Source: Rhizaria sp. SCN 62-66 (taxonomy: Eukaryota). From it: a stretch of DNA of 60,548 bases. Position numbers and translations under genes: made by a program. The stretch is taken from NCBI GenBank assembly GCA_001724265.1, contig MEDY01000029.1:62001-122548 (forward strand). Direction: 5' to 3'. This document shows, in pieces, positions 59,327 through 60,548 of the stretch (positions are counted from its first letter, which is position 1; every line of letters begins with the position of its first letter). Under the pieces are notes generated by a model. The model did not search any database, had not been told where the DNA came from, and saw only the letters and a program-made list of their open reading frames with translations.

Positions 59327-59785
59327 GAGTGTGAAGCCTTGTGTTCAGACGGTTGTGGCAGTTCAGGAAGTAACTGAGAAGTCGGTCTGCCGAGTCTGCT
59401 AAAAGTGGGAAATAGACGCGGTAGATCGAGGACAGTGAGTATCTAAAAAGGTTTAAATATGATTTATGCTATAGTGATCCTGATTTGTGTGCTGGCATGC
59501 GTATTGACGGAAACTGCATTGCGTAGTGGCTTCGATGCGGCAGCTCCGGCCTTCGACACTTTCCTTCTGCTCGGCCCAACGCGTGTCCTAACAAAACAGG
59601 CACACTGTGAGGAAATCATTACACCAACAAGAAAAGCGCACTAACAAAGTTGGATAGCGGAGATAACTTGAATAAATAGACATTGTATTGATACCTAGAC
59701 AAAAAACTATTATAAACGTATAATTCTGTAAATAACCTCGCAATATCGCGAGCCTCGTGAGTCGGTCTCACTTGGTAAAAACGCC

Positions 59786-60296
59786 TCACTTGCCCGTGGG
59801 CCGCGGAATCTGCGCTCGCGCCTGCCCCTGCTGCGGCCCCTGTGGCGGCCCCAGCGGCGGCCCCTGCGCCTGCAGCGGCTCCGTGAAGCAGCAGCGGCGG
59901 TCGCAGATCTTCCTGAAGGGCTCCGCGTCGCCGCGGCCTGCCTCGCGGACCCGGATAACCGGGGGGATCTGCCCGGCATGGAACCACGCCCGCATGAGCG
60001 CAGACGCAAACGGACCCTGGCGCCGCCCCGAGGGGTCCAGGTACTCCCACTCGGGCTCCGACGCGGAGGGCTGCGCGGGCCGCGCCTGCGAGTGCGCAGG
60101 CGCAGACTGAGACTGAGGCTGAGGCTGGGACTGAGTCCAGGAGCGCTTGCCAGCAGCAGCGCTCTGCTGCGGCGGCTGCGGCTGCTGCTGTTGCTGCAGA
60201 CGGCTGAGCGCGGCGGGCGGCGGCGGCGGCGGCGGTGGCACCCCGAAGCTAGCCGCCCCCCGCCTAGGCTGCTGTTGGCCCTGCATTTGCAGTCCT

Positions 60297-60337
<41 letters not shown>

Positions 60338-60548
60338 GCCCGGCAGAACCCCGGCGGCGGCCGCGGCCCTGGTGGCCTGCACGGCTTCGGCCGCCAGCGT
60401 GCCGACCGCGGCCGCGACGCCCGCGCGCCCCGACACCGCCGCCAGGGCCAGCAGCGCGGAGTCCGCCGCAGCGGCAGTCGCCGTCGCGCGCGCGCGGGCC
60501 GCCGCCGCAGCGGCCTCGGCGGCAGCGGCGGCGGCCTCGGCCGCGGCA
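59786..60548 (-). CDS. GYF-domain protein, 5' partial
   Basis: WEYLDPSGRRQGPFASALMRAWFHAGQI. Frame is open to the window end. Ends at TGA 59786, or splices at GTGAGG to a short last exon. Confidence 0.75.

Noticed and set aside
59965-60050. GYF signature reads GQI
   Set aside because: The rest of the W-Y-D...GPF...M..W pattern is intact, and variation at this triad is common in the family.
1-60548. tRNA (especially CUA anticodon), rRNA, CRISPR arrays, transposases
   Set aside because: GTTCAA/GTTCGA-like hits lack a cloverleaf context, the repeats are simple coding microsatellites without spacers, and no transposase or RT motifs were seen.

Overview
Gene-dense nuclear DNA of a GC-rich unicellular eukaryote (protist). 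It has about 17 protein-coding genes with very GC-rich, Ala/Gln/Ser low-complexity exons and short (about 120-330 nt), mostly AT-rich GT-AG introns (donors mostly GTACG/GTATG), plus several head-to-head gene pairs. Recognisable genes: ZGRF1-like SF1 helicase (partial), ZCCHC10-like zinc knuckle/RS protein, UPF0489-family protein, calmodulin-like EF-hand, UTP18, a B-box protein, RPP21/Rpr2-like, peptide:N-glycanase, a small single-TM protein, sterol C24-methyltransferase, a bZIP factor, DONSON-like, ALG13, RPA2, a Tyr-rich secreted protein, a DEAD-box helicase and a GYF protein (partial). Most striking: the otherwise intact ZGRF1 frame contains three in-frame TAG codons (one inside a poly-Gln run), while all 16 visible gene ends use TAA (8) or TGA (8) and none uses TAG. 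This points to a variant nuclear genetic code in which UAG alone is a sense codon, most likely Gln, while UAA and UGA remain stops. The evidence for internal TAG comes from one gene only. All calls come from reading the sequence and recognising motifs; no searches were run. No tRNA, rRNA, CRISPR array or mobile element was recognised.
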